Of a stretch of 64,000 nucleotides of DNA, positions 1 through 13,559 are shown in pieces. Within the stretch, counting starts at the first letter, position 1, and the number at the start of each line of letters is the position of its first letter. The notes under the pieces are model-generated. The model made no database searches, had not been told where the DNA came from, and saw only the letters and a program-made list of their open reading frames with translations. Position numbers and translations under genes: made by a program. The stretch comes from Eledone cirrhosa. Taxonomy: Eukaryota. The DNA is taken from assembly GCA_964016885.1 (NCBI GenBank), contig OZ024746.1, positions 4,650,001 through 4,714,000 on the forward strand. The letters are read 5' to 3'.

Positions 1-1264
1 CATAGAAAATCCTTTAGCATTAACTAATGAGTTTATTAAAGATTTCGTTAAATATGGATAATTTTTATTTAATGACTTTTAGGATACCATTATAGATTTT
101 GCCCTAAACACATGTGAAAGACGTATGTAAATATGTTAAAATATTTTGTGAAAGACAAATAAACAAATTCGGTTACGAATAATAGTATTCTTTATATGGT
201 AGGCAAAAATGTTGGTTTTGTAAAGCAATTTAAAGAAGTTGCTGTTGAACTGGTGCATTATTTAACGTATTATGTATGCATCAAGGAGTACTGTGCACAA
301 AATGTACCGCACGCAAGTTCTGTGGACAAAAGCAGGTTTTAAAGATTCCATGGCTATAATGAGAGTTTCTACAAAGATAGTCTATTTGATATCTATCAGT
401 GTTTTGTATAAATGGGGACTCTATTTTTAAATAATGTCGAATCAGTTTACCATATTACCAATTGGTGAGTGATTAAATGTACAGTTTGTACATACGAAGA
501 TATGGGACACGATTTCCTCTTTTAAATAAATTCTTCTTCGCCCACTTTTACCTAAATATACTGAACAATTCTTCCTTTTCCCTAGCAGTTTTGGATTCCG
601 ATCCATCCTAGATCTCACACATCCCCTCTTACTATCACGTAAACCACACAAATAAATCCCCTCTCCCTAATACAAATCTCTCGACCCTTATCTATAGTTC
701 ATCTTGGTGTCTACACACGTATAGGTTCCATTTTCTCCCACTTTACCTCGCGTTATATACATTTATCTTTCGTACCTATCTCTTTTTCACCATCCAAACC
801 ATCCTTTCCAGACCATCCCAGCACCTACCCGATCGTCTGGTCACTGCCTCATCGTAATTACCCACCACACATCTACAAACTAAAAATAAACATGCCACCC
901 GCCTCCCCCGGACTCGATGGCACATCTAGGAAATTATTTAGTAACAGCTCCGAAATGTCTGTATTAATATGCCTGGCTGTACATATAGTTTATCCTTGAT
1001 CCATTAGATATAGCTAAATCGTTATGTCCCTTCACATCCCCAGTAGTCAAAACTTGCAGCTTTAAATCCCACAAGGGATCCATCCATTCATAGCTCTACT
1101 GCGATTCCTGGGACATTCTTCAGGCAAAAAATACAGCAGACATTTCTTAGAAACAGTCACTCATCTCTAAAGCAACTGCTTTAGATATATATAAGGATGT
1201 CAAAATTAAATATACTACTGGAGGTGGTATTTTCACTTTATCAATGAAAATAAAAATAAGCAGC

Positions 1265-1336
1265 CTCCCCGGCGGGGAATCGAACCCCGGTCTCCCGCGT
1301 GACAGGCGGGGATACTTACCACTATACTACCGAGGA
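1265..1336 (-). tRNA. trnD-GTC: tRNA-Asp (GTC)
   Basis: The reverse complement reads TCCTCGGTAGTATAGTGGTAAGTATCCCCGCCTGTCACGCGGGAGACCGGGGTTCGATTCCCCGCCGGGGAG. It has an intact cloverleaf, a GTC anticodon and A/B boxes, with a T-run just downstream. Confidence 0.95.
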
Positions 1337-1478
1337 CTGACTTGCTTCTGAACTGAATTTAGTAGTTTTGATTAGGGACTGAAGATTAGCTGCTACAGTG
1401 TGCTATTTACTATGTTATCTTTCTAGTTTACGTCTACACCATCACTGCCTTCTATGATATTTCTAATTATATCTAGGA

Positions 1479-1660
1479 GGCGCGTGGCCTAGTGATAAGG
1501 GTGTTCGACTTACGATCACAATGTTGTGAGTTCAATTCCTGGGTTGGGTTGTGCGTTGTGTTATTGAGCAAAACTCTTCATTTCATGTTGCTCCAGTATA
1601 CTCAGCTGGAAATAAGTACCAACTGCGGGGGTTGACCCTGCGATGGACTAGTGTCCTAAT
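1479..1660 (+). mobile_element. tRNA-derived SINE, family B
   Basis: GGCGCGTGGCCTAGTG A-box and GAGTTCAATTCC B-box, followed by a conserved 'ttgagcaaRacNcttNatttcaNgttgctcc' core. Related copies lie at about 46449 and 49189. Confidence 0.75.
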
Positions 1661-1914
1661 GAGCTTTCTAGCTTGAGACAGACCTTAAACTTAGATATCT
1701 TAGGGCGCTAGTTAGAAAATATTAAACCAAATCCAGGACTTAGCGATCTTTCAGTTTTACCTTTTCATCCAGCTAGCACCATTTCGTTTTGCAGTCTGGA
1801 CCTAAGTAATAGCATTTATTAACTTTTTAAAATCTAATTCGAAGAGAGGCAAAGGCAAAAACTTGTGGTAAAGAGAAAACTAATAGTGAATAGAAATCAT
1901 AATTCTCCAACATA

Positions 1915-2120
1915 TTAGGGGGCTGAAAATTCCTGGCTTGATCACTGCTACAGAGGCCAAGTTGGAGGCACAAACATCCGAGTTCTTTTTACAGGGCTTA
2001 GAAAAACTGATGGACTGCTGCAATAAGTGTGAGAATCTGAGAGGGGAATATGTTGAATAAAATCATAATTAACTGATCCACCTGCATCTTTTGTTACTCA
2101 AACCCAGGAAGCCTCTCGTA
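1915..2120 (+). mobile_element. Mariner-derived non-autonomous element (degenerate)
   Basis: Homologous to 19808-20022. It retains a mariner transposase C-terminus-like CNKCxNLRGEYVE*. Confidence 0.65.
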
Positions 2121-2384
2121 GGTATGTGTATGTTTGTTAATGTGTGAGTACACGCACACATACATACACACACGCGTACATATATTCATACACACACATG
2201 TACATATATTCATACACACTCACATATGTCCCTCATCTTGTGTATAACAAATTTCTTACAACCTCATTACAAACATGTAACAGTGGTACATGCAAAAAGA
2301 GAAATATAAGAACATGAAAATAAAATATTTTATTTGTTATCTTGATTTTACCAATGAAAATAATAAATTTAAAAAAATGGAAGC

Positions 2385-2456
2385 CTCCCCGGCGGGGAAT
2401 CGAACCCCGGTCTCCCGCGCGACAAGCGGGGATACTTACCACTATACTACCGAGGA
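2385..2456 (-). tRNA. trnD-GTC: tRNA-Asp (GTC), anticodon-loop variant
   Basis: Same as 1265-1336 except the anticodon loop is TT-GTC-GC instead of CT-GTC-AC. Flanks are homologous to the first copy. Confidence 0.85.
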
Positions 2457-3565
2457 CTGGCTGATTACCGACTTGATTTTTGCAGTTTTGATTAGGGACA
2501 TAGGATCAGCTGTTTCAGTGTGCTATTTGCCAGATACAGTGAACAACAAACAGTATACATACTTATGTGTGTATATATACATATATATATACATATATAT
2601 ATATATATACATATATACATATATGTATATATATATAATTATGGAACAAAGCTTATTGAATAGAATGGACACAGCTTTGGTCCTCCCTCAATAATTTAAT
2701 TAAGTCCGACCACATTCTTGTACATAAACATAGCATATTAGTCTATCTTTCTATTTAACAACACAAACACTTCCGGCAAACTCCGTGAAAAAAATTGACA
2801 ATATTCAGTAATGTAAATGAAATATGAAAGTAAAAATGATTAAAATCGAGTGGTTTAATATCAAAGAATGCATAAAAATAAAACAGCGCCAGCAAAGTTC
2901 CTATACTGTCTTTGACAGAAGAGTCTGTGATCTTTAAATATTATATATACATGTGTGTGTGTGAGCGTGTGTGTGAGCGTGTGTGTTTGTATGTGTCTGT
3001 ATATGTGAGCATGTGTGTGTGTGTCTGTGTTTGTTTGTGGTGAATTTGAAATGTGGAAATATAGTCGCTACAATGCGGATAACTCTAAAAAAGATAATTA
3101 ATTACCAGTGACACTTTGACGTAATGATTAAACGTGGTCGCCAGTTAAATGAGAGGTTCTTGGTTCGATTCCCTGCAGAGACTTTTTTTCCGTCTTCAAC
3201 TACTATTTATAATTATCAGTCGATAAAATAAAGTACCAGTAATGCACTGGGATAATTGCTGGCCTTGTGCCAAAAGTAGAAACAATTATTATAAATTTCT
3301 GCATTGTGGCAACTACTTTTTCAAACTTCCCGATGCTCTGTAAATCAACTCAGCCTTGTCTGCTCGACACCGTAAAATCTATATACATATTTATTTAGTT
3401 TCTATTCTGTATATTTAAAGATATAACTTTATCGTATACTTCGGCTGCTTAGCGTACAACATAGTATGTGTGTGTTTGTACGTTTATCTCTGCTAACTAC
3501 TATGTGGGTTTCACTTACGCTGGCTAATTATCCATTCTTGACTGTAAATGTTTGTTCCCAACTAC

Positions 3566-3743
<178 letters not shown>

Positions 3744-4631
3744 GAATAAGTAAAAGCGAAGTAGTTTCAGATGTTCAAGTCCTTTAATAATAATGCTGTG
3801 ATATATATTTCAATGACGACACTGGCCACACTGTTCTGTGTGCGAGTGTCGTGACATCATCAGACAGCTTGTTACATAATAAGGTTGTTTCCGAGGCAAT
3901 CCAAATTGAATCGACATGGGAACGGATGAAGTTCGTGCTTTGGGGTTTTTCATCCGTTCCCTTGTGAGTACCAATTCATAATCTCTGATATTTGATTTAG
4001 GATTTTAACTTTTAATTTTAATTTTTATTCCCAACTCTCACTCTTAACTTACTATGTAAAACCATAGTACCTAGAATTAAGTTTATTTTCCCTTATGAGT
4101 TGATGGTCAGTCTTACTGTCAACGCTTAGTGAAAGGTAGTATTATGACCTATAAAAACTAACACCCTCCCATCCCCTCTGGCTTTCGGCTGACTGTCACA
4201 GTAGCGATGGGTAGTAGTAAACTTTGGCAAGGCATAGGTGGGCTACTGACAGCAAATTTCGTTGAAATCTGCGGTGCTAATGGTCAAATTCCTTCGGACA
4301 TGCGCTTGCGCAGACCGGTGGTGGTGAATTGGTACTCACAAGGGAACGGATGAAAAACCCAAAAGCACGAACTTCATCCGTTCCCATGTCGATTCAATTT
4401 GGATTGCCTCGGAAACAACCTTATTATGTAACAAGCTGTCTGATGATGTCACGACACTCGCACACAGAACAGTGTGGCCAGTGTCGTCATTGAAATATAT
4501 ATCACAGCATTATTATTAAAAGACTTGAACATCTGAAACTACTTCGCTTTTACTTATTCGATATTTACTCCGTCACTCCTATGTGGAAAAAGTACGTTGA
4601 GTGCTTGAATTGAATTGCATCAATATTTACC

Positions 4632-4635
<4 letters not shown>
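3744..4635. mobile_element. (TA)n-flanked element with ~235-bp inverted arms (Penelope-like inverted terminus)
   Basis: 3744-3978 is the near-perfect reverse complement of 4325-4559. TA tracts lie on both sides, and each arm contains an HHR motif. Confidence 0.75.
4435..4508 (+). ncRNA. Type I hammerhead ribozyme candidate (mirror copy 3795-3868, minus strand)
   Basis: gctgt-CTGATGA-[long stem II including acgacact/agtgtcgt]-GAAA-TATATA-TC-acagc. Stem I is gctgt/acagc, stem III is palindromic and the cleavage triplet is AUC. The base of stem II is irregular. Confidence 0.65.
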
Positions 4636-4712
<77 letters not shown>

Positions 4713-4833
4713 TACCTTTATATATATAGATATACGTGTGTTACCTTTTCAACATATTGAATTTTAAAGTGCTCAGGATCTCTTCTCCTTTGAGCACATT
4801 ATTTACAGGGAATAGCGAGCGTTAATTTATCGT

Positions 4834-4928
<95 letters not shown>

Positions 4929-5059
4929 TGTTATACTTGGGGAGGGTCATATTTGTGTAATATTGCCAGAATTAATAACACACTCACTGTTTGGTTGGTT
5001 TTCGCTTTTCGCTTAAAAAACCTCGCAAAAAAACCTCGCAAGACTAATTCATCGCCGTT

Positions 5060-5419
<360 letters not shown>

Positions 5420-5541
5420 GGGAAAAAATGGGGAGAAGAATACTGCATGGTTGCACATGGATAACATGTTATAAAATGAGTCCCTCATCAGTGATTTACC
5501 AACGGTCATAGGTATTTCATTCGATTATATATATACACACA

Positions 5542-6510
5542 CAGTGGCGGACTGGCCAAGTTGCCAGCTTGCCCAATGTCTGTGGGCCCCAGGGGGCCCA
5601 CGGTAGCATTGCAAGAAGCTACAGTAGCATTGCAGGGCCCACTCTAGTAATTTAGGGGCCAATACTTTGCTTTCAAAAAATACCTGAAATCTAAGAGAAA
5701 GAATCAAATTTTTTTTTAAATAAATAAGACAATTAAGCAAAGCATTTGGTCAACCTATTCCCCAGGGAATTACTAGAAACCAAAATATACAACAGTGCAA
5801 ATAGCTGGAATCAGTGGTTGTACATTCTACTAAATCTAAAGCTTAGAAGTCGACCTTAAGTAGGAGTAATAACATTAAGAAAGACATGAACGACACCACA
5901 ACACTTTGTTTTGAAAATTTTGAAAGTAGATTTATAAGTATGAATTTTCAAAAGATTTTCGTAGGTTTCTCTATGGCCTAGCGGTAGGTACTAGAGACAG
6001 TGGAGATCCTGGTCTTGGGTTCAATCCTAGTCATGTGGTACATTTTTTATTTTACAACCCATAGAAAAAAACTGAAAATGTTTAGCGGGAACCCTACTCC
6101 CGACCAGGGTCGAACTTCAAACAGTGTCACCATCATCTATGATTCCTCCAACTAAGCCAGCGAGACAACTACGAAAGTACAATGAAAATTGATAATTATA
6201 AACCTACTTTCAAAATCAAAGTTAAAAAGATGTGTTGTCGTTCATGGTTTTCCTAGAGCTATTAGTAATATTTAGGGTCGACTTCTGGTCATTATTGAAA
6301 GTCTCTGGATTTCGCAAAATACAAAATATTTTTTATTGGAGAAGGTAAGATATGTTTCCGCAAAAATTTGATTGCACTGTTTTGTTTCCACTTACGTATT
6401 TTTTGAAAATGTTATTTATTCGTTATAAAAATTAAATGATAGCATTCTATATGTAGGTGGGCCCCCTTCATCTCCTGGCAACCAATATTTTCAGACCCTG
6501 TCCGCCACTG
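5542..6510. mobile_element. Non-autonomous DNA transposon with CAGTGGCGGAC TIRs (hAT-like)
   Basis: TIR cagtggcggac (5542-5552) pairs with gtccgccactg (6500-6510). There are subterminal gggccc motifs and a nested internal inverted repeat at 5845-6286. Confidence 0.7.
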
Positions 6511-6553
6511 TATATATATATATATATATATATACAGTGGCGGACAGGGTCTG

Positions 6554-6618
<65 letters not shown>

Positions 6619-6620
<2 letters not shown>

Positions 6621-6894
6621 TAGTCTTAGTCTTAGATTCTTCCGCGCCGTTCGGCGCATCGAGCAGTAAGAACTCGCCAAGGGTCACGATCAGCGGCAAC
6701 TTTTTCGAGACAGTGCCAGGTGATGTTGGCTGCCATCAGGTCCTTCCGGAACGTTCGTCCCCAGGTGATCCTTGGGCAACCCCGCCTCCGTTTATCGCCA
6801 GGCGGAGTCCAGTTCATCGCTGTTTTCGAATGCCGTTCATTTGGCAGACGCAGAATATGGCCAGCCAGACGGTACCGACGCTCCGTGACCACTC

Positions 6895-6898
<4 letters not shown>
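6619..6898 (-). mobile_element. RTE-clade LINE 3' fragment
   Basis: ORF RRYRLAGHILRL...RRRGCPRITW...AADRDPWR is a typical RTE C-terminus. A (CTAAGA)n tandem tail follows. The fragment sits between TA tracts. Confidence 0.85.
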
Positions 6899-6965
<67 letters not shown>

Positions 6966-7258
6966 TACTGTATATTACAGACAGAGTATATGTTCAATTT
7001 TGTCCCATAGTTAAGATAGTTTGTTTCTTCATATATGATATGCCAAGATATACCAAGTGTATAACAATGAATATAGTTTGCAAAGATATTCACTTCTAAA
7101 ACGATAACTTCATTATTACCTCCGTGAACTTCCATCATCTCATGAATTAAATGATCAGCCAGTCAAATTATGCAAATCAGGCCGATCAGTCACTGTGTAT
7201 TTTTGAAAATAGCATATATTTTCACTAGCTCTGACAGTTTGGCAGGTGAACAGTGAGC

Positions 7259-7300
7259 TGTACTGATGAAGGGTGATACCCAGAAACATTAGTGTCTGCA
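7259..7300 (+). ncRNA. Type I hammerhead ribozyme candidate in TA-flanked island 6962-7410
   Basis: tgta-CTGATGA-A-GGGT gat ACCC-A-GAAAC-ATTAGT-GTC-tgca. Stem I has 4 bp (one G-U), stem II is GGGT/ACCC, stem III is near-palindromic and the triplet is GUC. Confidence 0.7.
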
Positions 7301-7451
7301 AGAATGAACGGTTCATTCTACTGACATGGCTATAAAATTGAGGCTTGTTTGCATAATTGCAAACGAATCGAATGTTATTATTAATATTCGAAAAAGTCAA
7401 ATTACATTTATTATATATATATATATATATATATACTCATACACACACATA

Positions 7452-7516
<65 letters not shown>

Positions 7517-7974
7517 CTTTCTTTCTCACTTGCTTGCTCTATATTATTCCTATTTTCAGTTTCATAATTTTTCAATCTCAATGGTATCTCTAGTTGTCTT
7601 TCTAGCCAATACCTCTCTCTCCCTCTCTCTTTCTCTCTCCCCCCTCTCTCTCTCTCTCCCTCTCTCTTTCTCTCTCCCCTCTCTCTCCCCTCTATCTCTC
7701 TCTCTCTCTGTACCAATTTATATCATTTGCTGAGTCTCTCTTTACTTACCATATTTATTTATATATGTGAAGCAACAATGTACAGGAAGAAGAGACAACA
7801 TGGCCGTCATCTTTGCCAAACATAACATACATCAAAATACAGTCAGCAAATCAATGAAATCTCAACTAAACAAATATATAAAAATATTCTAATAAAAAAC
7901 AATACATATTTTTATCCAAACTGGTCAAGGAATTATCGTGCAGAAGACTGGATAAGTTTCTTGTCGATATCCTG

Positions 7975-8241
7975 GGCTGTTCACGTCGGCTGTTAACGTC
8001 GGCTGTTAACGTCGGCTGTTAACGTCGGCTGTTAACGTCGGCTGTTCACGTCGGCTGTTCACGTCGGCTGTTCACGTCGGCTGTTAACGTCGGCTGTTAA
8101 CGTCGGCTGTTAACGTTGGCTGTTAACGTCGGCTGTTAACGTCGGCTGTTAACGTCGGCTGTTAACGTCGGCTGTTAACGTCGACTGTTAACGTCAGCTG
8201 TTAACGTCGGCTGTTAACGTCGGCTGTTAACGTCGGCTGTT
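7975..8241. repeat. 13-bp minisatellite (GGCTGTTAACGTC) x ~20
   Basis: Direct tandem units with a TTAA/TTCA variant. Confidence 0.95.
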
Positions 8242-8323
8242 CTGTGTTTTGGGGCCAAATTTGTGAAAGATTTTTTAACCAATACACTGATTCGAATTAA
8301 GAAATTATTTTTCCTTTTATTAT

Positions 8324-8517
8324 AGATTGGCAGAATCGTTAGAGCGTCGGACAAAATGTTATGGTCCTTTACGTTCTGAGTTCAAATCCCGTTAGCTTCG
8401 GCTTTCATCTTTACGAGGTCAATAAAATAAAGTACCAGTCATGCACTGGGGTCGATTTAATCTACTTTCCCCTTCTCTTGAAATTGCCTGCCTTGTGCCA
8501 AAAGTAGAAACAATTAT
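8324..8517 (+). mobile_element. tRNA-derived SINE, family A
   Basis: 'ggattggcag..tagag..cggac..ctgagttcaaatccc..ctttcatc..ggtcgataaaataaagtaccagt..ccttgtgcc..agaaacaattatt'. About 20 full or partial copies occur in the window. Confidence 0.8.
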
Positions 8518-9229
8518 TAGGGTGGTGGATTAGAAGTATCAGTAGAGCATCGGACAACATGCTTTGTAGCATATAGTTACGGCCCTTGATGTTCTCAGTT
8601 CATTTGGTGTGACTGAAGCGTCAGGAGTTTCTTTTATCAGTATTTCTTTAGTAGTTTCATGCAAGTATCTTGTTTCACGGGTGCACATCCGTGTACCTGG
8701 TGTGTGTACAGCACTGTGTCCCTAATTTTAGTGGCTGGGAGACTATCATTACATCATTCCTGTTTAGTTAGGGGTTTAGCTGGGAGCTGTTTGTGTTATT
8801 TTACTGGGTTGGAGGTGTTCTACTGTGTATATGGGATGTGTAATGAGGGGTGTGTTATTTTACTCGGTGCTTCTTGTATACGGTGTGTGTTGTGTGTAAA
8901 GATTGTTCTATTTGAGTTGTGCTATTTAAACCAACGGCAGAGGTCTTCATTCACCCAGACAACCCTTGGACAACCCTTGGACAACCCTTGGACAACTCCG
9001 AGTATCGTCATTCTAATATATCAAATATTTACCGTGTACATAGTACCACTTCCTAAAGCCCAATATATATGTATGCGTACGCGCATGTGTGTACATGCGT
9101 GTGTTTAGATGTCGATATGTGTACGTGCGTGTGCATGTATGTTCACGTGTTTGTAGGCGTGGATATGTGTATATACGTACGTGTGGAAGAGTGTGTATGT
9201 ATGTATATATATATATATATATATATATT

Positions 9230-9282
<53 letters not shown>

Positions 9283-9462
9283 CATCTCAACTTTGTCCGT
9301 CCTAAAACACACGGCACCATTATTACAATATGCCGTCGAATTAATTTATATCAAGAGATAACATTTGAATTTTCCAATTATTTTCCAGTTAAAATTTGAA
9401 AAGAAACATCAACAAATTGAAGATATATTGATAACATTAATTCTCTCTCTCTCTCTCTCTCT

Positions 9463-9508
<46 letters not shown>

Positions 9509-9694
9509 AACTCTTTATACGTAGAAACATACATATATATACACATAATCCTATATATATATATATACATTATATATGATTGTGTGTGAGCGCGCGCGTC
9601 TGCGTGCGTGTGCGTGTTAGTTCATATGTATTTATAAACATAATGTGTGTATATGTACATTATATATATATATATAAAGAGAGAGAGGGGGAAG

Positions 9695-9774
<80 letters not shown>

Positions 9775-9878
9775 CAGTGCGTAAGCACAAATAATTAATA
9801 ATCTATATGAATATTTGAGCAATTTAAAAAAAAAAAAAAGACAAACGAAAATCCATTGTTCGACTAAGTATGTGTGTG

Positions 9879-10458
<580 letters not shown>

Positions 10459-10566
10459 ATCATACTCTGCTCTGAAAGAGCATAGAGTGTTCAACCGGCA
10501 TACCGCCTATGGAAGCATCTTAACTACCATCAGGCACACACAAACACACACACTCACACACACACA

Positions 10567-10628
<62 letters not shown>

Positions 10629-10736
10629 AATTAGTATATGTACCAACATATATATACCAATGCATACCTATGCTAGCAAATATATAGGTTTTGTCTTAGT
10701 AACTTTGTGATTCAATGCAAGGGGATGCAGAACAAT

Positions 10737-11076
10737 TATATGAAAGACGTAAAATAAGAAAATTATAAAAATTAACTTACTTACTAAAATTTCACTCCAA
10801 CTAATTAGTTTCTGAAAGGGAATAAACATGGTTTCCGAATGGAACACATGGAGAAGGCCTTTCGTCATCAGGGAAGTCTATTCTCAGCTAAGTTCCCAGG
10901 CAATGCGTGGACACAAGGAACTTATACAACTTAGCTGAGAATAGACTTCCCTGATGACGAAAGGCCTTCTCCATGTGTTCGGAAACCATGTTTATTCCCT
11001 TTCAGAAACTAATTAGTTGGAGTGAAATTTTAGTAAGTTAATTTTTATAATTTTCTTATTTTACGTCTTTCATATA
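10737..11076. repeat. Long inverted repeat (~155-bp arms, 33-nt spacer) ending in (TA)n
   Basis: 10737-10894 vs 10928-11076, differing by two small indels. Confidence 0.9.
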
Positions 11077-11220
11077 TATATATGATATTGCCCAGTGGAC
11101 ATAGCTACGAATTGAGTCACACCTGTGGATATACTTGGACATGACAAGGACTGAGTAGATAGAGAAGTTGTGGTCAGTCACACCTGTGGATATACTTGGA
11201 CATGACAAGGACTGAGCAGA

Positions 11221-11575
11221 TAAAGATTACGGTCTGAGTTCAAATCCCGCCGAGGTTAACTTTGCCTTTCATTATTACGGGGTCGATAAAATAAAGTACC
11301 AGTCACGTACTGGGGTCAATTTAATCGACTCTCCCGCCCCAAATTACTGGCCTTGTGCTTATATAAGAAACCATTATTATACCATATCAGGGCGGTGGAT
11401 TGGCAGTATCAGTAGAGGGTCGGACGCCATGCTTTGATGCATAGAGTTACGGCCCTTGCCATTCTGAGTTCAAATCCCGCCGAGGTTAACTTTGCCTTTC
11501 ATTCTTAAAATAAAGTACCAGTAATGCACTGAGAAATTGTTGGCCTTGTGCCAAAAGTAGAAACCATTATTAATA
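11221..11575 (+). mobile_element. Two tandem SINE family A copies
   Basis: Family A motifs at 11221-11380 and 11390-11575. Confidence 0.8.
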
Positions 11576-11804
11576 CCATTCTTATTACTTCTTCCTTCTA
11601 GATCGACAAAGTACCAGTCAAATACTCGGGCTCACTTTAACCGATTCCTTCCAGAATGTATGAGCAAGAGCTTAATAAAAAGAAATCAATATATTAAATG
11701 TTGCTTCCATTGTCGCACTTGAGGCGGGAAAATGGCGACTTTTCCAACTCACAAAGGAAGACATTACTTAAAACTTTTACATTTACATCAAAAGACGAAG
11801 TCTT

Positions 11805-12422
11805 GTTGTTGTAGTCTTGTTGTTGTAGTTGTCATTGTCGTTCTTATAGCCGTTGTTGTTGTCATTGTTGTTGTAGTTGTCATTGTCGTTCTTATAGCCG
11901 TTGTTGTTGTCATTGTTGTTGTAATTGTCATTGTCGTTCTTATAGTCGTTGTTGTTGTCATTGTTGTTGTAGTTGTCATTGTCGTTCTTATAGCCGTTGT
12001 TGTTGTCATTGTTGTTGTAATTGTCATTGTCGTTCTTATAGCCGTTGTTGTTGTCATTGTTGTTGTAATTGTCATTGTCGTTCTTATAGTCGTTGTTGTT
12101 GTCATTGTTGTTGTAATTGTTCTTATAGCCGTTGTTGTGGTTGTTGTTGTTGTAATTGTTCTTATAGCCGTTGTTGTGGTTGTTGTAGTTGTAATTGTTC
12201 TTATAGCCGTTGTTGTTGTCATTGTTGTTGTCATTGTTCTTATAGCCGTTGTTGTTGTCATTGTTGTTGTAATTGTTGTTCCCGTTATTATAGTTGTTGT
12301 TGTTACTGTTGTCATTGTCAGTGTTGTTGTTATAGTTGTTGTTGTTGTAATTGTTGTTGTCGTTATTATAGTTGTTGTTACTGTTGTCATTGTTAATGTT
12401 GTTGTTACAGTTGTTGTTGTTG
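11805..12422. repeat. GTT-rich compound repeat with a ~48-bp higher-order unit
   Basis: 'gtcattgtcgttcttatag' recurs every 48 bp in the first half. Confidence 0.9.
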
Positions 12423-12615
12423 CATGATGTTTGATGTGTTATGTTTGATCTTTTATGGAGGCCTTTGTCTATTGTTTTACTTATCATTTTGTGCTTTTAT
12501 TTTTATTTTCATTTAGTTTTGTAACATTGCCATTTTATCAACACTTTCGCCTTATACACTGACATTGCAGTATAGCTTTATATATAACTAACATTACCAA
12601 CAGTGACTGAGGTAG

Positions 12616-13520
12616 CTTTATATGTAACTAACACTACCAACAGTGATTGTACTAGCTTTATATATAACTAACACTACCAACACTTTATATATAACTAGCA
12701 CTACCAACACTTTATATATAACTAACACTACCAACACTTTATATATAACTAGCACTACCAACACTGTATATATAACTAGCACTACCAACACTTTATATAT
12801 AACTAACACTACCAACACTTTATATATAACTAGCACTACCAACACTTTATATATAACTAACACTACCAACACTTTATATGTAACTAACACTACCAACACT
12901 TTATATATAACTAGCACTACCAACACCTTATATATAACTAGCACTACCAACACTTTATATATAACTAACACTACCAACACTTTATATATAACTAGCACTA
13001 CCAACACTTTATATATAACTAGCACTACCAACACTTTATATATAACTAGCACTACCAACACTTTATATGTAACTAGCACTACCAACACTTTATATATAAC
13101 TAGCACTACCAACACTTTATATATAACTAGCACTACCAACACTTTATATATAACTAGCACTACCAACACTTTATATATAACTAGCACTACCAACACTTTA
13201 TATATAACTAGCACTACCAACACTTTATATATAACTAGCACTACCAACACTTTATATATAACTAGCACTACCAACACTTTATATATAACTAGCACTACCA
13301 ACACTTTATATATAACTAGCACTACCAACACTTTATATGTAACTAGCACTACCAACACTTTATATATAACTAGCACTACCAACACTTTATATATAACTAG
13401 CACTACCAACACTTTATATATAACTAGCACTACCAACACTTTATATATAACTAGCACTACCAACACTTTATATATAACTAGCACTACCAACACTTTATAT
13501 GTAACTAGCACTACCAACAA
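12616..13520. repeat. 27-bp minisatellite (TTTATATATAACTAGCACTACCAACAC) x ~33
   Basis: Direct tandem units. Confidence 0.95.
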
Positions 13521-13559
13521 CAGCACTTACAGCTATTGTAGTAGCATTATTTACACCGA

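Noticed and set aside
1-1200. Possible degenerate coding or TE remnant
   Set aside because: No recognisable motif and no sustained ORF.
2233-2694. ORFs overlapping tRNA-Asp
   Set aside because: Spurious translation of the tRNA and a TA tract.
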